Positions 27,226-37,669 of a DNA stretch of 62,411 nt are shown piece after piece (the stretch's first letter is position 1; every line of letters begins with the position of its first letter). The notes under the pieces are model-generated. The model made no database searches and was not told the origin of the DNA. It saw nothing but the letters and a program-made list of their open reading frames with translations. The position numbers and the translations under genes are program-made. Origin of the DNA: a virus (lineage: Duplodnaviria > Caudoviricetes); IMG/VR virus record IMGVR_UViG_3300037722_000432, positions 1 through 62,411 of that record. One strand, written 5' to 3'.

Positions 27226-27963
27226 ATGGCACATGACTACGCGATCACAGTTGGAGGGGTAAACCTCAAAACTACCATTGGGGTTAGAGAAGCCATCTTC
27301 GTCAAGTATGCGACTGCGCAAAAGAAGGATGGTAACCTAATTCTCCCCTATAAGCATGGGGAGTTGTTCGTACCCGATAAGTTCTATGACGGGACTGACG
27401 TTCTACTACAGGTTTACCTTCCCTTTGAAGATGTCGGGGATGCAGCCCAAGCATTGTCAGATCTAGCTCTCCTCCTTGCGACCCAGAGTGAGGTAGTGGT
27501 AGCTCAAGTAGATCCGGCGAAAGGGAACATTCGAGCGAGGGTAGAGAACTTGCAAGACCCAGTACCTACCGAAGATAGATTCACTTACCTGTTCTCTCTC
27601 CGTAACGCGTCGGGGTTTTGGGAAGATGTAACGGCAACTACCGCGGCGAGTGCGAATCCCCCAGTGGTACTGACTCTAGGAGATCGTCCTATTGACGACA
27701 TGATCTTGACGTTCTCTGGACCAGGGTTCCTTCAGCACACAGACTCTCTCGGGCAAATATCCAGGATCGAGATAGACGCCGCGGCCGGGGCAGGTACCTA
27801 TGTAGTCGATGTGGGGAAAGCCACCATTCTCAAGGGTGCAGTTGCTCAAGACGAGTTTCTAGTTGTCGATCAACCTTGGTGGATGAAATGGCAGCCGACA
27901 ACGGCTGAGAACCTGACCTCGAATGTTTCGGTAGCCGCGTCGTGGCGGAACAAGTGGGCATAG
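27226..27963 (+). CDS. Distal tail protein (putative)
   Basis: Follows the TMP; GD.P..D motif and C-terminal WRNKW. Confidence 0.65.
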   Translation: MAHDYAITVGGVNLKTTIGVREAIFVKYATAQKKDGNLILPYKHGELFVPDKFYDGTDVLLQVYLPFEDVGDAAQALSDLALLLATQSEVVVAQVDPAKGNIRARVENLQDPVPTEDRFTYLFSLRNASGFWEDVTATTAASANPPVVLTLGDRPIDDMILTFSGPGFLQHTDSLGQISRIEIDAAAGAGTYVVDVGKATILKGAVAQDEFLVVDQPWWMKWQPTTAENLTSNVSVAASWRNKWA

Positions 27964-27983
27964 AGGTAGGGGTGGGGTCATAG

Positions 27984-30365
27984 ATGGCACTCCGTTTTGA
28001 AGCGTGGACTCTCCCTTGGGTTGACCCAGACAACCACAAAAGGAAAATCGCCACTCTCCCTGTCCTCCCAGGTACAGGATCAGGGGATGTTCGTTTCCTT
28101 TCCACAGGCGGGCAAGGTCAATGTGAGGTTTCTCTCGCCCAATTTGACCGGATAGGAGAAGTAGTTGGGGATGCTGTCGGGTCCTTGATCCGCGTATTCG
28201 ATGGGACTAACAACATCCACGAGTGGGTGTGTACGAGGGCTCCCAAAGACCTATCCTCCGCGAGTAGGACCGCCCCTCTGTCTGGCCCGAGTATTGCAAG
28301 CCAATTCGACAAGGCTTTGGTCTACGCCCGTGAGTACCCGGATGTTAGGTCAACCATCCAAGACACGATCTGGGCGGGTGACAACGTGCTTGACAACCCA
28401 AGTATGGAGGAAGCCCAAGAGATCAACGAGAGATACGAGGTCTGGGCTGATGCCACAGGAGGGACTTTCACCCTGACTGTCATGGGGCAGACCACCGCGG
28501 CCATTGATTGGGACGCGTCCGTAGTCCAAATGGAGGAGCGTCTTCAGGATCTCTCCAATGTCGATGACGTGGTGGTGTCCGCGGGAGATAACCCTGGAAC
28601 TGAGGACGATCCCTGGCAGATCGAGTTCATCATTCCCGCGGTAGTAGATCCGAATATGTCGGTGGATGACACCTTGCTTACTGGGTTGACAGGGCAAGTG
28701 ACAATCACCACAGTTCAGGAAGGGCGAGATGATGTCCCTCTTCACTGGACAGTCTCCCAGTATGCGGATAGGAGATCCGACCCGAGATTCCACGGAACCT
28801 ACGCATCGGACGGATTCAGACGTGACAACACAGTTGCTCATAGTGGGGTCTACTCCCTGCGAATCAACCCCCTCACTCGATACGGGGGAGCCCAACAGGT
28901 AGTCCGAGTCGAGCCGGGGATGACCTACCAAGCCTCCATTTGGGTTTACACCACCGACGCCACTGAAGTCTTCAAGTTCATAGCGAGATCCGCGTACGTT
29001 GACGGGGAAGCTCCAGGATTAGCCCAAGACGGTGGGAGCATCCCCGCGTCTACTTGGACCCAGTTCTCTTTCGAGTTGTTTGTCCCCTACAACGTTGACA
29101 CGGTGATCTTCAGAATAGCCGCGGTAGGGAACGACAACCCGATCCCCTTCTGGGTTGACGCTGGAGAGTTGTTGGAGGGGTTCGCCGCAGCTACTCCAGG
29201 GGAAATCCTTGGGATCTTGATGGACGACGCAGCCGTGGATCACGTAGCAGATCCCCGAGGGGCGATGTTGGACTGGATCGACTACAGCGGGTTCTCCCCC
29301 ACCTTGGACAGCAATGGGGACGCGTGGGACTTCACGATGAGCTTTATCGCGCAATTTGGGGAGACTTACGGGCAGGTCTTGGACAAGTTTGTGAACAGGG
29401 GAGTGGAATGGTGGTTGATCCCCAAACCAGCACCCGTGGGAGGGAAGACCCACGAACTACATCTCTACAACAAGGGTGGAAGAGACAGTACCCCCTCCAC
29501 GGCCATAACTATTCGTCAGGGAGTGTTGGGAGGAGAGATAGTAGATCGCATCCCAGATTATACCGCGTTGTTGGTCGAGGGGGAGTCCACCTATTATGAA
29601 GCCGAAGATGGGAGTGCGGCTTTCTTCGGAAGGTTGGAGAAGTTCATTGCAGCGAGAGATACCGCAGACAATGACACTCTTCAGGTGCTAGCTGATGAAG
29701 CATTTGCATCTGAGGTAGTCAACCGGCGGGCAGCCAGATTCACTATTGTCGAAACCCTCCATCACCCGCGTCCAGGGAAGAACTACAACGTTGGGGACAC
29801 CATCCCCATGCAAGCTCCCCCGTCATTGATGAGGGAATACCGACGTGTCCAGACCTTCGATTACGTCAATACGAGGCAGACCTCCTACGCGGTGACGGGC
29901 TCGACCATTTACGGGGGGGAGGCCGCGGCTTATGAGTTGGTCAGGAGATTGTGGAGGAGATTCCAGCGACCCGAGACCCCGCGCAGAAGAGGAGCCGTTC
30001 CCCTATCAGCCAAGGGAGGTCAGCCCACCTTTGTCATTGCTGCATCTGACTCCAATCAAGCAGACAAAGACAAAGCTGATGCCGTAGCTATAGGGGCCGC
30101 GGATCATGTGTTGATTCAGTCCTATTTGAATTCACTAGCTGGGACCAAAGGGTTGCTGATTTTGACTGATGGAACGTTTGTGACAGGGGCCAAACTCCTG
30201 GTTCCAGAAAGGGTCATTCTTCGGGGGCATGGGTCAGGTACGTTCATAAGCGCCAATGTTGCCAACGATTGGGCGATTGAAGGGGCGGCTAGCTCCATCA
30301 TCGAAGACATGGATGTGTCAAATCCGTCTGGGTCTGGGGTTAGGTTATGGGAGCTTTCAGGGTAG
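27984..30365 (+). CDS. Tail hub/central fibre with CBM-like insert and start of a pectin-lyase-like beta-helix
   Basis: NPSME...AHSG.YSLR...V.PG.TY.AS.W (CBM4/9-like), Y.VGD motif, and C-terminal IQ..LN...G...L..GTF...LRG.G. Confidence 0.75.
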   Translation: MALRFEAWTLPWVDPDNHKRKIATLPVLPGTGSGDVRFLSTGGQGQCEVSLAQFDRIGEVVGDAVGSLIRVFDGTNNIHEWVCTRAPKDLSSASRTAPLSGPSIASQFDKALVYAREYPDVRSTIQDTIWAGDNVLDNPSMEEAQEINERYEVWADATGGTFTLTVMGQTTAAIDWDASVVQMEERLQDLSNVDDVVVSAGDNPGTEDDPWQIEFIIPAVVDPNMSVDDTLLTGLTGQVTITTVQEGRDDVPLHWTVSQYADRRSDPRFHGTYASDGFRRDNTVAHSGVYSLRINPLTRYGGAQQVVRVEPGMTYQASIWVYTTDATEVFKFIARSAYVDGEAPGLAQDGGSIPASTWTQFSFELFVPYNVDTVIFRIAAVGNDNPIPFWVDAGELLEGFAAATPGEILGILMDDAAVDHVADPRGAMLDWIDYSGFSPTLDSNGDAWDFTMSFIAQFGETYGQVLDKFVNRGVEWWLIPKPAPVGGKTHELHLYNKGGRDSTPSTAITIRQGVLGGEIVDRIPDYTALLVEGESTYYEAEDGSAAFFGRLEKFIAARDTADNDTLQVLADEAFASEVVNRRAARFTIVETLHHPRPGKNYNVGDTIPMQAPPSLMREYRRVQTFDYVNTRQTSYAVTGSTIYGGEAAAYELVRRLWRRFQRPETPRRRGAVPLSAKGGQPTFVIAASDSNQADKDKADAVAIGAADHVLIQSYLNSLAGTKGLLILTDGTFVTGAKLLVPERVILRGHGSGTFISANVANDWAIEGAASSIIEDMDVSNPSGSGVRLWELSG

Positions 30366-31040
30366 ATGAGCAGCATAGGGAGAATCAAGGGTGTCCACAT
30401 AAGGACAGTAGCCCAGAATGGATTGGGGATTTTCAACGTAGAAGGCATCATCCACCATTGTTCAGTGGATCAGGCTGGAACCGAAACGTCCAATACCTAT
30501 GATGCTGTCATAACTACTGGGGCTCGGAGTGGATCTAGGATTGAGGACAATCGAGTTCACGCTACTGAATGTAGATACGCGTACAATGTAGGGAACGAAG
30601 TCAGTGTCGGGGGAAATAGGGTCCTTACCAACGCGGTAACCAGAAACTACAACTTCAATACGACTACCGTAATGTCGCGGAGTTACGCGGAGCCTTTCTC
30701 TTACAGTGGGGAATTGACAGTTGTGGAGGGAGTACACCGTTTGCCTATTCTTTTCCCAGGGAGGATCATAGCGGTAGTCGCGACAGTTAACACGGCACCT
30801 ACGGGGGCTAGTGTCATAGTTGACGTGCATAAGAACGGAACAACCATCTTCCCAACTACAGCCAAACCGACCATCGCAGCAACTCAATTCATCAGCGGTA
30901 GGAGTATCCCGGACGTAACTCGGGTGGTGTTCGGGGATTACCTAACCGTGGACATAGACCAGATTGGAAGCACGTTACCGGGGGAGGATCTGGTAGTGAA
31001 TGTGCAGTTTGAAAATGACTTGATACTGACAGGGGGATAA
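30366..31040 (+). CDS. Tail protein (beta-helix continuation plus C-terminal beta-sandwich)
   Basis: Beta-helix-like N-terminus; TAPTGA..IVDV.KNGTTIF...GD.LTVDIDQ.GS..PG.DL.V C-terminal module. Confidence 0.7.
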   Translation: MSSIGRIKGVHIRTVAQNGLGIFNVEGIIHHCSVDQAGTETSNTYDAVITTGARSGSRIEDNRVHATECRYAYNVGNEVSVGGNRVLTNAVTRNYNFNTTTVMSRSYAEPFSYSGELTVVEGVHRLPILFPGRIIAVVATVNTAPTGASVIVDVHKNGTTIFPTTAKPTIAATQFISGRSIPDVTRVVFGDYLTVDIDQIGSTLPGEDLVVNVQFENDLILTGG

Positions 31041-31056
31041 AGACAGGTGAAAGACT

Positions 31057-31809
31057 ATGACCGTCGAAGCTGACATTGCCGCTGTTGCTGATGCTGGGGA
31101 CAACACTCCTAGTGATGTTCGGACAGCGCTGACTTCGGTGTTGGATGCTATCCCCGAGTCGGTCCAATATCTGCGTCGTCGTCTGTCAGACGAAACCCCT
31201 CATGCTCTAGACGACTTCTTCGATTCGGACACATTGGCCGATTACACGCAGACCACCCCAGCCGGAACCGCCACACCGACCATTGGTCGTGAGGTACTTT
31301 CATGGGTGTTTGAAGATCAGGTGGCGGGTGACATGGTGGGGCTCACCAAAGCGTTCGGAGCTATCTCCCCGCCAATCACCATCGAAACAGCCGTGCGGTT
31401 GTTTGGGTCAAACGCTGCCAAGCAGGTCGGACTTTGCTTCTCTAATGGAACGGCCTTGTCATCCAGCTATCTAGCAACGCTGGTTAATGCATCAGCGTCC
31501 AGCGGGCAATTCACCGCCTATTCGGGAACTTTCGAGACGGTTGCCACTGACCACGGCCCGTACCAGACAGCGCCATACACCAACGCCCTCGGTGTCTTGT
31601 TCCTCCGTTGCATCTGGAAGACGACCAACACCTTCAAAATGCAAATGTCCATCGACACTGTGACCTGGACCGACTTCGGGGAGGGAGACATGACGTTCGC
31701 TATGACCCCAACTCGTATCGGTCTGGTGGTGTCGAGCTACGGAAGCACAATCCCATCCTTAGCCACATTCGAGTATTTCCGTGTGGATGAAGCTGATCGA
31801 AGCGCCTGA
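31057..31809 (+). CDS. Tail fibre/receptor-binding protein (lectin-like)
   Basis: D.FD motif followed by a beta-sandwich pattern (LR.......F....S.D...W; FEYFRV). Confidence 0.55.
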   Translation: MTVEADIAAVADAGDNTPSDVRTALTSVLDAIPESVQYLRRRLSDETPHALDDFFDSDTLADYTQTTPAGTATPTIGREVLSWVFEDQVAGDMVGLTKAFGAISPPITIETAVRLFGSNAAKQVGLCFSNGTALSSSYLATLVNASASSGQFTAYSGTFETVATDHGPYQTAPYTNALGVLFLRCIWKTTNTFKMQMSIDTVTWTDFGEGDMTFAMTPTRIGLVVSSYGSTIPSLATFEYFRVDEADRSA

Positions 31810-32870
31810 TGGCCGACTGGTCAAACGACGCTGACTGGTCGAACGAAACCGACTGGTCGTCTATTGGGGTTGCAGGAGAGGTACTTCTCAAGATCCAAGC
31901 CGAAGGGTTATCTCTCTCTGAAGTCGATCTCACCTTCCTCGTCCAAGCAGCTTTAGTCAAAGTCCAATCCGAATCTCTGGACCTGTCCGAAACCGACCTT
32001 GCAATTCTGGTGGGGTTTCTGGTCAAGGTTGTAGACGAGGGCGTTTCCCTTTCGGAGATCCGTCGTTTCATTCTCCCCTTTGCCTTTGGTGAGTCCACTG
32101 GGGGAGTCATTACCCATGAAGATCCCGGTCCTCACTTCTGGGCTGGAATGGGCTGGAACGGTATCGAATTCTTCGCGGGTTCTGCTGGGTCTCAAAGTAT
32201 TGTCTTTTTCGGGCATGATGGGGACCTTACGGACCTCATTGATGTGTCTGGGGGGAACGCTATTTGGGGGGTGGCTTTCGATGGTACTGATTACTGGGTC
32301 TCAGACGCTCTTGAAGATCAACTAAACCAATACTCGACGGCTGGGGCTCTTGGCACTTTGATTGACACTATAGATACCGCAGTAGAACAGCCGAGACGAA
32401 TAGCCTTTGATGGGACTCATATGTGGGCGGCTTCCGCATTGGATCTCACCTTGATTTATCTAGTGGATCTCTCAGATGGGTCTACAGTAGGTACCATTCC
32501 CTCCCCTGATACAGACGGTATTATCCGGGCTATGGAGTTCTTCGATGGACACCTATGGGTTATCACCGACACAGACCCCACTGGCGGTACCGATTTCTTG
32601 GTCTGGAAGTTAGACCCCTCAGATGGCGCGGTAGTTAGTTCCTTTCCCGTCAACGAACTGGTCAACCCCTCGGCTATGGGATTTGATGGTCAATACCTAT
32701 GGATCGCGGACCTTGACGATGAACTGTTCCATGCCTATGCGGTTTCGTCCTTTGTCTTTGACACTATCAAGGTGGAGTCCGAGGACATGGAGATCTCCGA
32801 GGCTGACCTCCAATTGGTAGAAGCTGTCCCTGTCGCGACCGGGTTTGTAGGATGGGGGATACCCTTATGA
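31809..32870 (+). CDS. Acidic beta-propeller-like virion protein with SE.DL repeats
   Basis: Repeated [AG]-FDG-x-x-x-W blades; flanks share the repeat motif of 17328-19439. Confidence 0.6.
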   Translation: MADWSNDADWSNETDWSSIGVAGEVLLKIQAEGLSLSEVDLTFLVQAALVKVQSESLDLSETDLAILVGFLVKVVDEGVSLSEIRRFILPFAFGESTGGVITHEDPGPHFWAGMGWNGIEFFAGSAGSQSIVFFGHDGDLTDLIDVSGGNAIWGVAFDGTDYWVSDALEDQLNQYSTAGALGTLIDTIDTAVEQPRRIAFDGTHMWAASALDLTLIYLVDLSDGSTVGTIPSPDTDGIIRAMEFFDGHLWVITDTDPTGGTDFLVWKLDPSDGAVVSSFPVNELVNPSAMGFDGQYLWIADLDDELFHAYAVSSFVFDTIKVESEDMEISEADLQLVEAVPVATGFVGWGIPL

Positions 32871-33921
32871 ACCTCACTTTGCTTCCCTGGCTTCCAATCG
32901 TATTCGCTCAAGTAGATCCTTCCGGGCTCACGGACATGGTTGAGCGTGGAGGAGTCATCGCCCTTTTGATTTTCACCTTGGTAGCTTTCCTCCGAGAGTG
33001 GGTTTTCACCGGGGCCGCGTACAGAAGAGTTGAGCAGGAACGGGACGAGTGGAAAGGTGTGGCTCTATCTGCTCTGGGTGTTACCAATAAGGCTGTGACC
33101 CTCGTGGAGAAACAATGAGACGAGTATTGCAATCATTGGGTTGGAGTAGATCCCCTTCAACAGACAAAGAGCGCAAGCACAAGCAGAACCTCAAGGAAGC
33201 GGAGGAAGCTCGTCTTCGGGTCCAGAACCTTGAGCGGCGATTGGAACTGGCCGAGTTCAAGAGAGGGGGGTCGGGGTGGAAGCCATCATCGTCGCGTTAG
33301 CGTCAGGGGTGTCTTCAGTGTTCAGTGTGTTCTTTGTGATCGACGCGTTCAGGGACAAGTGGTTGGTCGATCATGCGGTACCTCCAAGAGACGACTTGAT
33401 TGACGTAGCCTTCAACGTAGTTATTGAGGAAGTGATCTACCTGATACTCAACATGAGCTTTTTCGGGATTGCTCTCATAACCATCTTGACAACTCGGGAC
33501 ATACTCAGAACTGTAGCTATTCTTCTGCTTGTCTCCTTACCGATCATCCTGGTAATCCGATCTTTCTATCGTGCTCTTCGTCGCAAGAGAATGATGAGGG
33601 GCGAGAACCCGCGAAAGTCACCCAAGGATCGTAACGGTTTCTAGGCATTAAACTCACATATGACTTGCGATCCCTAATCAATTGTGGTACAGTCCCCCTC
33701 TAACCGCTACAGGAGGGAGACGCATGGACCTAACAATCGTCATCGCAGGGGTGCTAGCTCTAGTCCTCTTCTGGCGTTCGTTCTCGCGGGGAAAGGAACA
33801 CCGTGAATCCATCCCCACGCCAGAAGACCTAGAGACCACCATCGAAAGGAACGTTGAGGTCTTGGTTGATTCGATCCGTCATTCAGCCAAGGTCGCAGAA
33901 GAGTTCGGGCGTTCCCGGTGA
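32867..33921 (+). CDS. Membrane/lysis-associated small genes (32867-33118, 33115-33300, 33276-33644, 33724-33921)
   Basis: Transmembrane segments in three of the four; E.ERDEWK coiled coil resembling actinophage holin-like proteins. Confidence 0.55.
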
Positions 33922-34187
33922 GCCCCAAGAAAAAGACCAAGGGCGCTATCGAGCGCACCAAAGTCCGACTCAAGGCTCGCGGTGGTCACTTACGGATGAC
34001 GGGGGCCAGGTGCGTGTGGTGCGGGGAGGACATCCCCATGACTGAAACTGCACGCACCACGGCCACCCCACCCAATCACGTCCCACTACCCGCGGGAAGT
34101 GCCTGGGTGATATGCGGGGAAAAATGCAAGGTACTACCCGAGGATGCTGTTGTCTTCTATCGGGTACCGATTGAGCAGAGGAAGTAG
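33918..34187 (+). CDS. Small Zn-binding hypothetical protein
   Basis: CVWCG...ICGEKC motif. Confidence 0.45.
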   Translation: MSPKKKTKGAIERTKVRLKARGGHLRMTGARCVWCGEDIPMTETARTTATPPNHVPLPAGSAWVICGEKCKVLPEDAVVFYRVPIEQRK

Positions 34188-34350
34188 AAATGGAGACTTG
34201 CCCCGATTGCCACCACCTAATCACCCAGCACATCGGTCTGATAGACATGGGTGGCGGCATGGTTGATTCCTTAGGGTGCATTGCCGCAAGCGAGGATGGG
34301 GACCCAGCCTGTTTCTGTGAACGGTACGAGTTCAATGACAAGGAGACGCT

Positions 34351-35235
34351 ATGAGACTCAAATGGGAGGACATCGTTCTGGAGGCAGCCGCTATTGTCAA
34401 CAGCTACTCCACGTCCGTAACTCTCCGTCAGCTTTTCTACCGGCTTGTCTCGCGGGGCACTCTCCCCAACAATCAGAACGCGTACAAGGGGCTATCGAAG
34501 AAGACCGCGGAAGCCCGACGAGAAGGATGGTTCCCTGACCTGATTGACAGGACGCGGAGGATCGAGAGGTATCAGACGTTCGACAACCCCGAGCAAGCTC
34601 TGAGATGGTTGAGTCAGATCTACATGAGAGACAGGACCGAGGGGCAACAGGAGCAGATCTTCATAGCCGTCGAGAAGGCCGGTATGGTCGTCCAGCTACA
34701 AGATTGGTTTGGGGATCTCGGGCTCCCAATCATGGCGTTAGGTGGGTATTCATCCCAGACGTTCGTGAAGACGGTAGGAGAAGCCATCGTCCAAGAGTAT
34801 GAGGATCATGGTCGAGACTCGATCCTCCTCTACGCGGGAGACTTCGACCCATCCGGCGAAGACATCGACCGGGATTTCATAGCTCGGATAGAAGACTATC
34901 TCCTCAGAGACAGCGAGATCTTCACTACTCATCGAATCGGTTTACTCCCCGAACACATCGCGGAGTACCAACTTCCCGAGTACCCAGGGAAAGAGACCGA
35001 CTCCCGCAAGTGGCAGTTCATAGCCAAGCACGGGAAGTTGGTCCAAGTCGAGTTGGATGCCCTTGACCCGAACGATTTGAGACGGCTGTACCAGGATGCC
35101 ATCGACATCTACTGGGACCCCGACACCTACAACAGGAGCTTGAGGTTGGAAGCTGAGGAAAGTGAACTCCTTGGCCTAGTGGGAGAAAGGCTCCCCGAGG
35201 TCAGAAGGATATGGGAAGAAGGAGAAGAGGAATAA
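34351..35235 (+). CDS. Topoisomerase VI-A/Spo11/JetD-like WHD-TOPRIM protein
   Basis: TLRQLFYRL (winged helix with Tyr), VEK, GYSS, Y.GDFDPSG..I and ELDAL motifs. Confidence 0.8.
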   Translation: MRLKWEDIVLEAAAIVNSYSTSVTLRQLFYRLVSRGTLPNNQNAYKGLSKKTAEARREGWFPDLIDRTRRIERYQTFDNPEQALRWLSQIYMRDRTEGQQEQIFIAVEKAGMVVQLQDWFGDLGLPIMALGGYSSQTFVKTVGEAIVQEYEDHGRDSILLYAGDFDPSGEDIDRDFIARIEDYLLRDSEIFTTHRIGLLPEHIAEYQLPEYPGKETDSRKWQFIAKHGKLVQVELDALDPNDLRRLYQDAIDIYWDPDTYNRSLRLEAEESELLGLVGERLPEVRRIWEEGEEE

Positions 35236-35931
35236 TGGCCCGGTTTGCCAGTGAGTTCACCAAGGAAGCATGGTCCGAGGTTGAAGCTCGATGGCCCCAG
35301 GCGCGTAAATGGATGAACGCGCACAATATTGATCCTCATGCGGTACGAGAGATAACTATGGACTTTGGGGGCGAGGAAATCGGTGTCCAAATCAAGACTA
35401 CCGTGGAGGCTGAGTCCGATGATGGCTGGATTGAGTCCACACATCATTACCGCTTGACGAGGAAAGAGTTGAGGAGCAAATAATGGGTGACATAACCACA
35501 GCTTTCCAACTACTCGATCTCCTACTTTTCCACCCAGGATATGAACAGAAGTGTTCTCATTGTGGGGAGCCCATGACGGACCTGCTTGGAAACGTACTGC
35601 TAAGTGCAATGCCATATATGACTGACAGATCCGGTCTCCACCACACAGATGTTCTTGGGGGAGAGTGTCCCAAATGGGGGTTGGAGAAGTACCGGCGTTG
35701 GCAGGCAACCAACAACATACGCAAGAAGAACGCCATCATCGACGCGGCTATCAAGGAGTTCTCACCATGACACGAGGAGAGGCCGCGCGTAAAGGTCTGG
35801 GATACTCTCTCCTCTTCGCCACAGCAGTACTGAACGACGGGTTTGCTTCATTCGTCTGGGTGATCCTCCTGGCTGTGATCGCGGCCGTCCTCCTGTTCTG
35901 GGATTGGAAACCTCGACCCCCAGCGAACTAG
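35235..35931 (+). CDS. Three small hypothetical genes (35235-35483, 35483-35770, 35767-35931 membrane)
   Basis: TAATG/ATGA-coupled ORFs. Confidence 0.55.
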
Positions 35932-35949
35932 GGGCTATCCTTACCCCTG

Positions 35950-36882
35950 ATGCCTGGAACCACTCAGATGCGTGCTCTCTGGAGTGGCTACCGATGTCTC
36001 AACCAAAAGAGCGCCAGCCTTCGTAAGCCCATAACTCTCTTCGGGCTCAACGCGGGATTCTGCGCCGCTCCGACTTATGAAGGGTTCAAAGCCCTAGAGA
36101 TGGCCTTGGTCGCAACCGGGTACAAAGAGATCAAGTCTGTCTGGGTTCCTCGTAACTGCCCTGATGGGATAGGTGGAGCTACCTGCAAAGAGGACGGGAG
36201 CAACTGTTCTCTCCACAACTATGGGATCGCAGTTGACGTAGATCCTTTCGGACATGGGAACCCACACTTCCAAAAGGCTTTCGGGGATGGTTGGAATTTC
36301 TCTAACTGCAAGATCCAACGAGCCCAGGTTGAAGCCGTGGAAGCTATCCGCAATATCCACGGAGAGATCATGTTCCGATGGTTGGGATGGCCTATCGGAG
36401 ACACCATGCACTTTGAGTTTCAGACATCCCCGAGTAGGTCGATAGTGGATTGGAAGACAATCAAAGGCTACAGTCAAGGAGGACTACCCATGCACCCACC
36501 AAGCAACCATACCGATTTCGTCAATGCTCACAAGATCAGTGAGAAGCCGACATGGATTTCAGTATGGGACTCTTTCCTCGCCGCCAACCTCACGTCGGTC
36601 AAAGAGTCGTGGGCATGGCCCGCTCAGCGCCTCGATCTCGCCTACCTCCATGAGAAGGCGATCCTTCCTCTCGCGTCCAGGATCACCGAACTGGAGGCTG
36701 AGGTTGGAGGGCTCATAGGGAAGCTCACTACCCAGGCCGAGGTCAACGCTGCTCAATCCCAGACGATCTCCAACTTGTCCAACCGGCTCGCGACTTTGGA
36801 AGCCCGACCTCCGAGCACCGGCACAGGGACCCTCCCCCCAGGTAGCAAGATCCAGCTAGGTCAAGAAGCAACCGTCCTCTAA
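35950..36882 (+). CDS. Endolysin, M15-family peptidase with C-terminal coiled coil
   Basis: R...SLHNYGIAVD and D.MHFE zinc-peptidase motifs; holin gene follows. Confidence 0.85.
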   Translation: MPGTTQMRALWSGYRCLNQKSASLRKPITLFGLNAGFCAAPTYEGFKALEMALVATGYKEIKSVWVPRNCPDGIGGATCKEDGSNCSLHNYGIAVDVDPFGHGNPHFQKAFGDGWNFSNCKIQRAQVEAVEAIRNIHGEIMFRWLGWPIGDTMHFEFQTSPSRSIVDWKTIKGYSQGGLPMHPPSNHTDFVNAHKISEKPTWISVWDSFLAANLTSVKESWAWPAQRLDLAYLHEKAILPLASRITELEAEVGGLIGKLTTQAEVNAAQSQTISNLSNRLATLEARPPSTGTGTLPPGSKIQLGQEATVL

Positions 36883-36893
36883 GGAGAAAACGA

Positions 36894-37196
36894 ATGGGAC
36901 AGAACCCCAACCCCGACCCCAAGCAGCCTCAACCTGTTCGTAAGGCGTTCCTCTGGTTCTCTGCCGTCGTGACCCTTGTGATCGCGGTATTCCCGGTGCT
37001 CCAGATGTTTGAGGTCATCCAATGGTCGGGAGATCAGATAGCCGCGGTAACCGCGTTCTTGGGTCTGGCTACCACCACCATCGCCGGGACCATCGCCTCG
37101 ATCTACTCGGAGAACCGTGTTACCCCAGTGGAGAGCCCGAGGGACAATTCCCTCACCCCTTTGGTTCCTGTCGCCAATGATGGATTCAACGACTGA
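36894..37196 (+). CDS. Holin
   Basis: Two TM helices, W...QI motif and VTPV..P tail typical of actinophage holins. Confidence 0.75.
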   Translation: MGQNPNPDPKQPQPVRKAFLWFSAVVTLVIAVFPVLQMFEVIQWSGDQIAAVTAFLGLATTTIAGTIASIYSENRVTPVESPRDNSLTPLVPVANDGFND

Positions 37197-37216
37197 GGAA
37201 GTGGACTAGTCCGGTT

Positions 37217-37669
37217 CTAAACCCTAGTCCTGGCTCGGAGAAGTTTCCCTTCGCGAGCCTTATCCCAAGGTTGGACAGCTAGCTCAAGGGGAGTTCCCTC
37301 TGCAACCTTCTCCTGGATCTTCTCTCGTTCGTAGGGAGTGAACCCTGCTCTAACCCCGAGGTCGTCCCCCCATTCAAAGCTGGATTCTAAACACTCCATC
37401 CTGACCGGACATCCATGACAGATGACATACGCGGGTAACATCGAGTACCCACGGTCGGGGAAGAACACAGCTTCCCCCATCCCCTTGCAGAGAGCCTGTT
37501 TCCTCCAAGCGGCTTCCTCCTCCGAGTACCCGAACAAGCGGAGTTGAAGATCCTCTTTCCCCGACCCCTTAACTCCAGACAGGTTCGTTGAGGACTCGTC
37601 TGATTCTCCAGCCCAGGTGAGGGTCCCGTCCCCGGCTTCGATGATCTCCTTCACTACACCAACCCCCAA
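37217..37669 (-). CDS. whiB: WhiB-family transcription factor
   Basis: W...ALC.....FFP.....C..CPV...C......GV.AG.T..ER motif. Confidence 0.88.
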   Translation of the reverse strand: MGVGVVKEIIEAGDGTLTWAGESDESSTNLSGVKGSGKEDLQLRLFGYSEEEAAWRKQALCKGMGEAVFFPDRGYSMLPAYVICHGCPVRMECLESSFEWGDDLGVRAGFTPYEREKIQEKVAEGTPLELAVQPWDKAREGKLLRARTRV

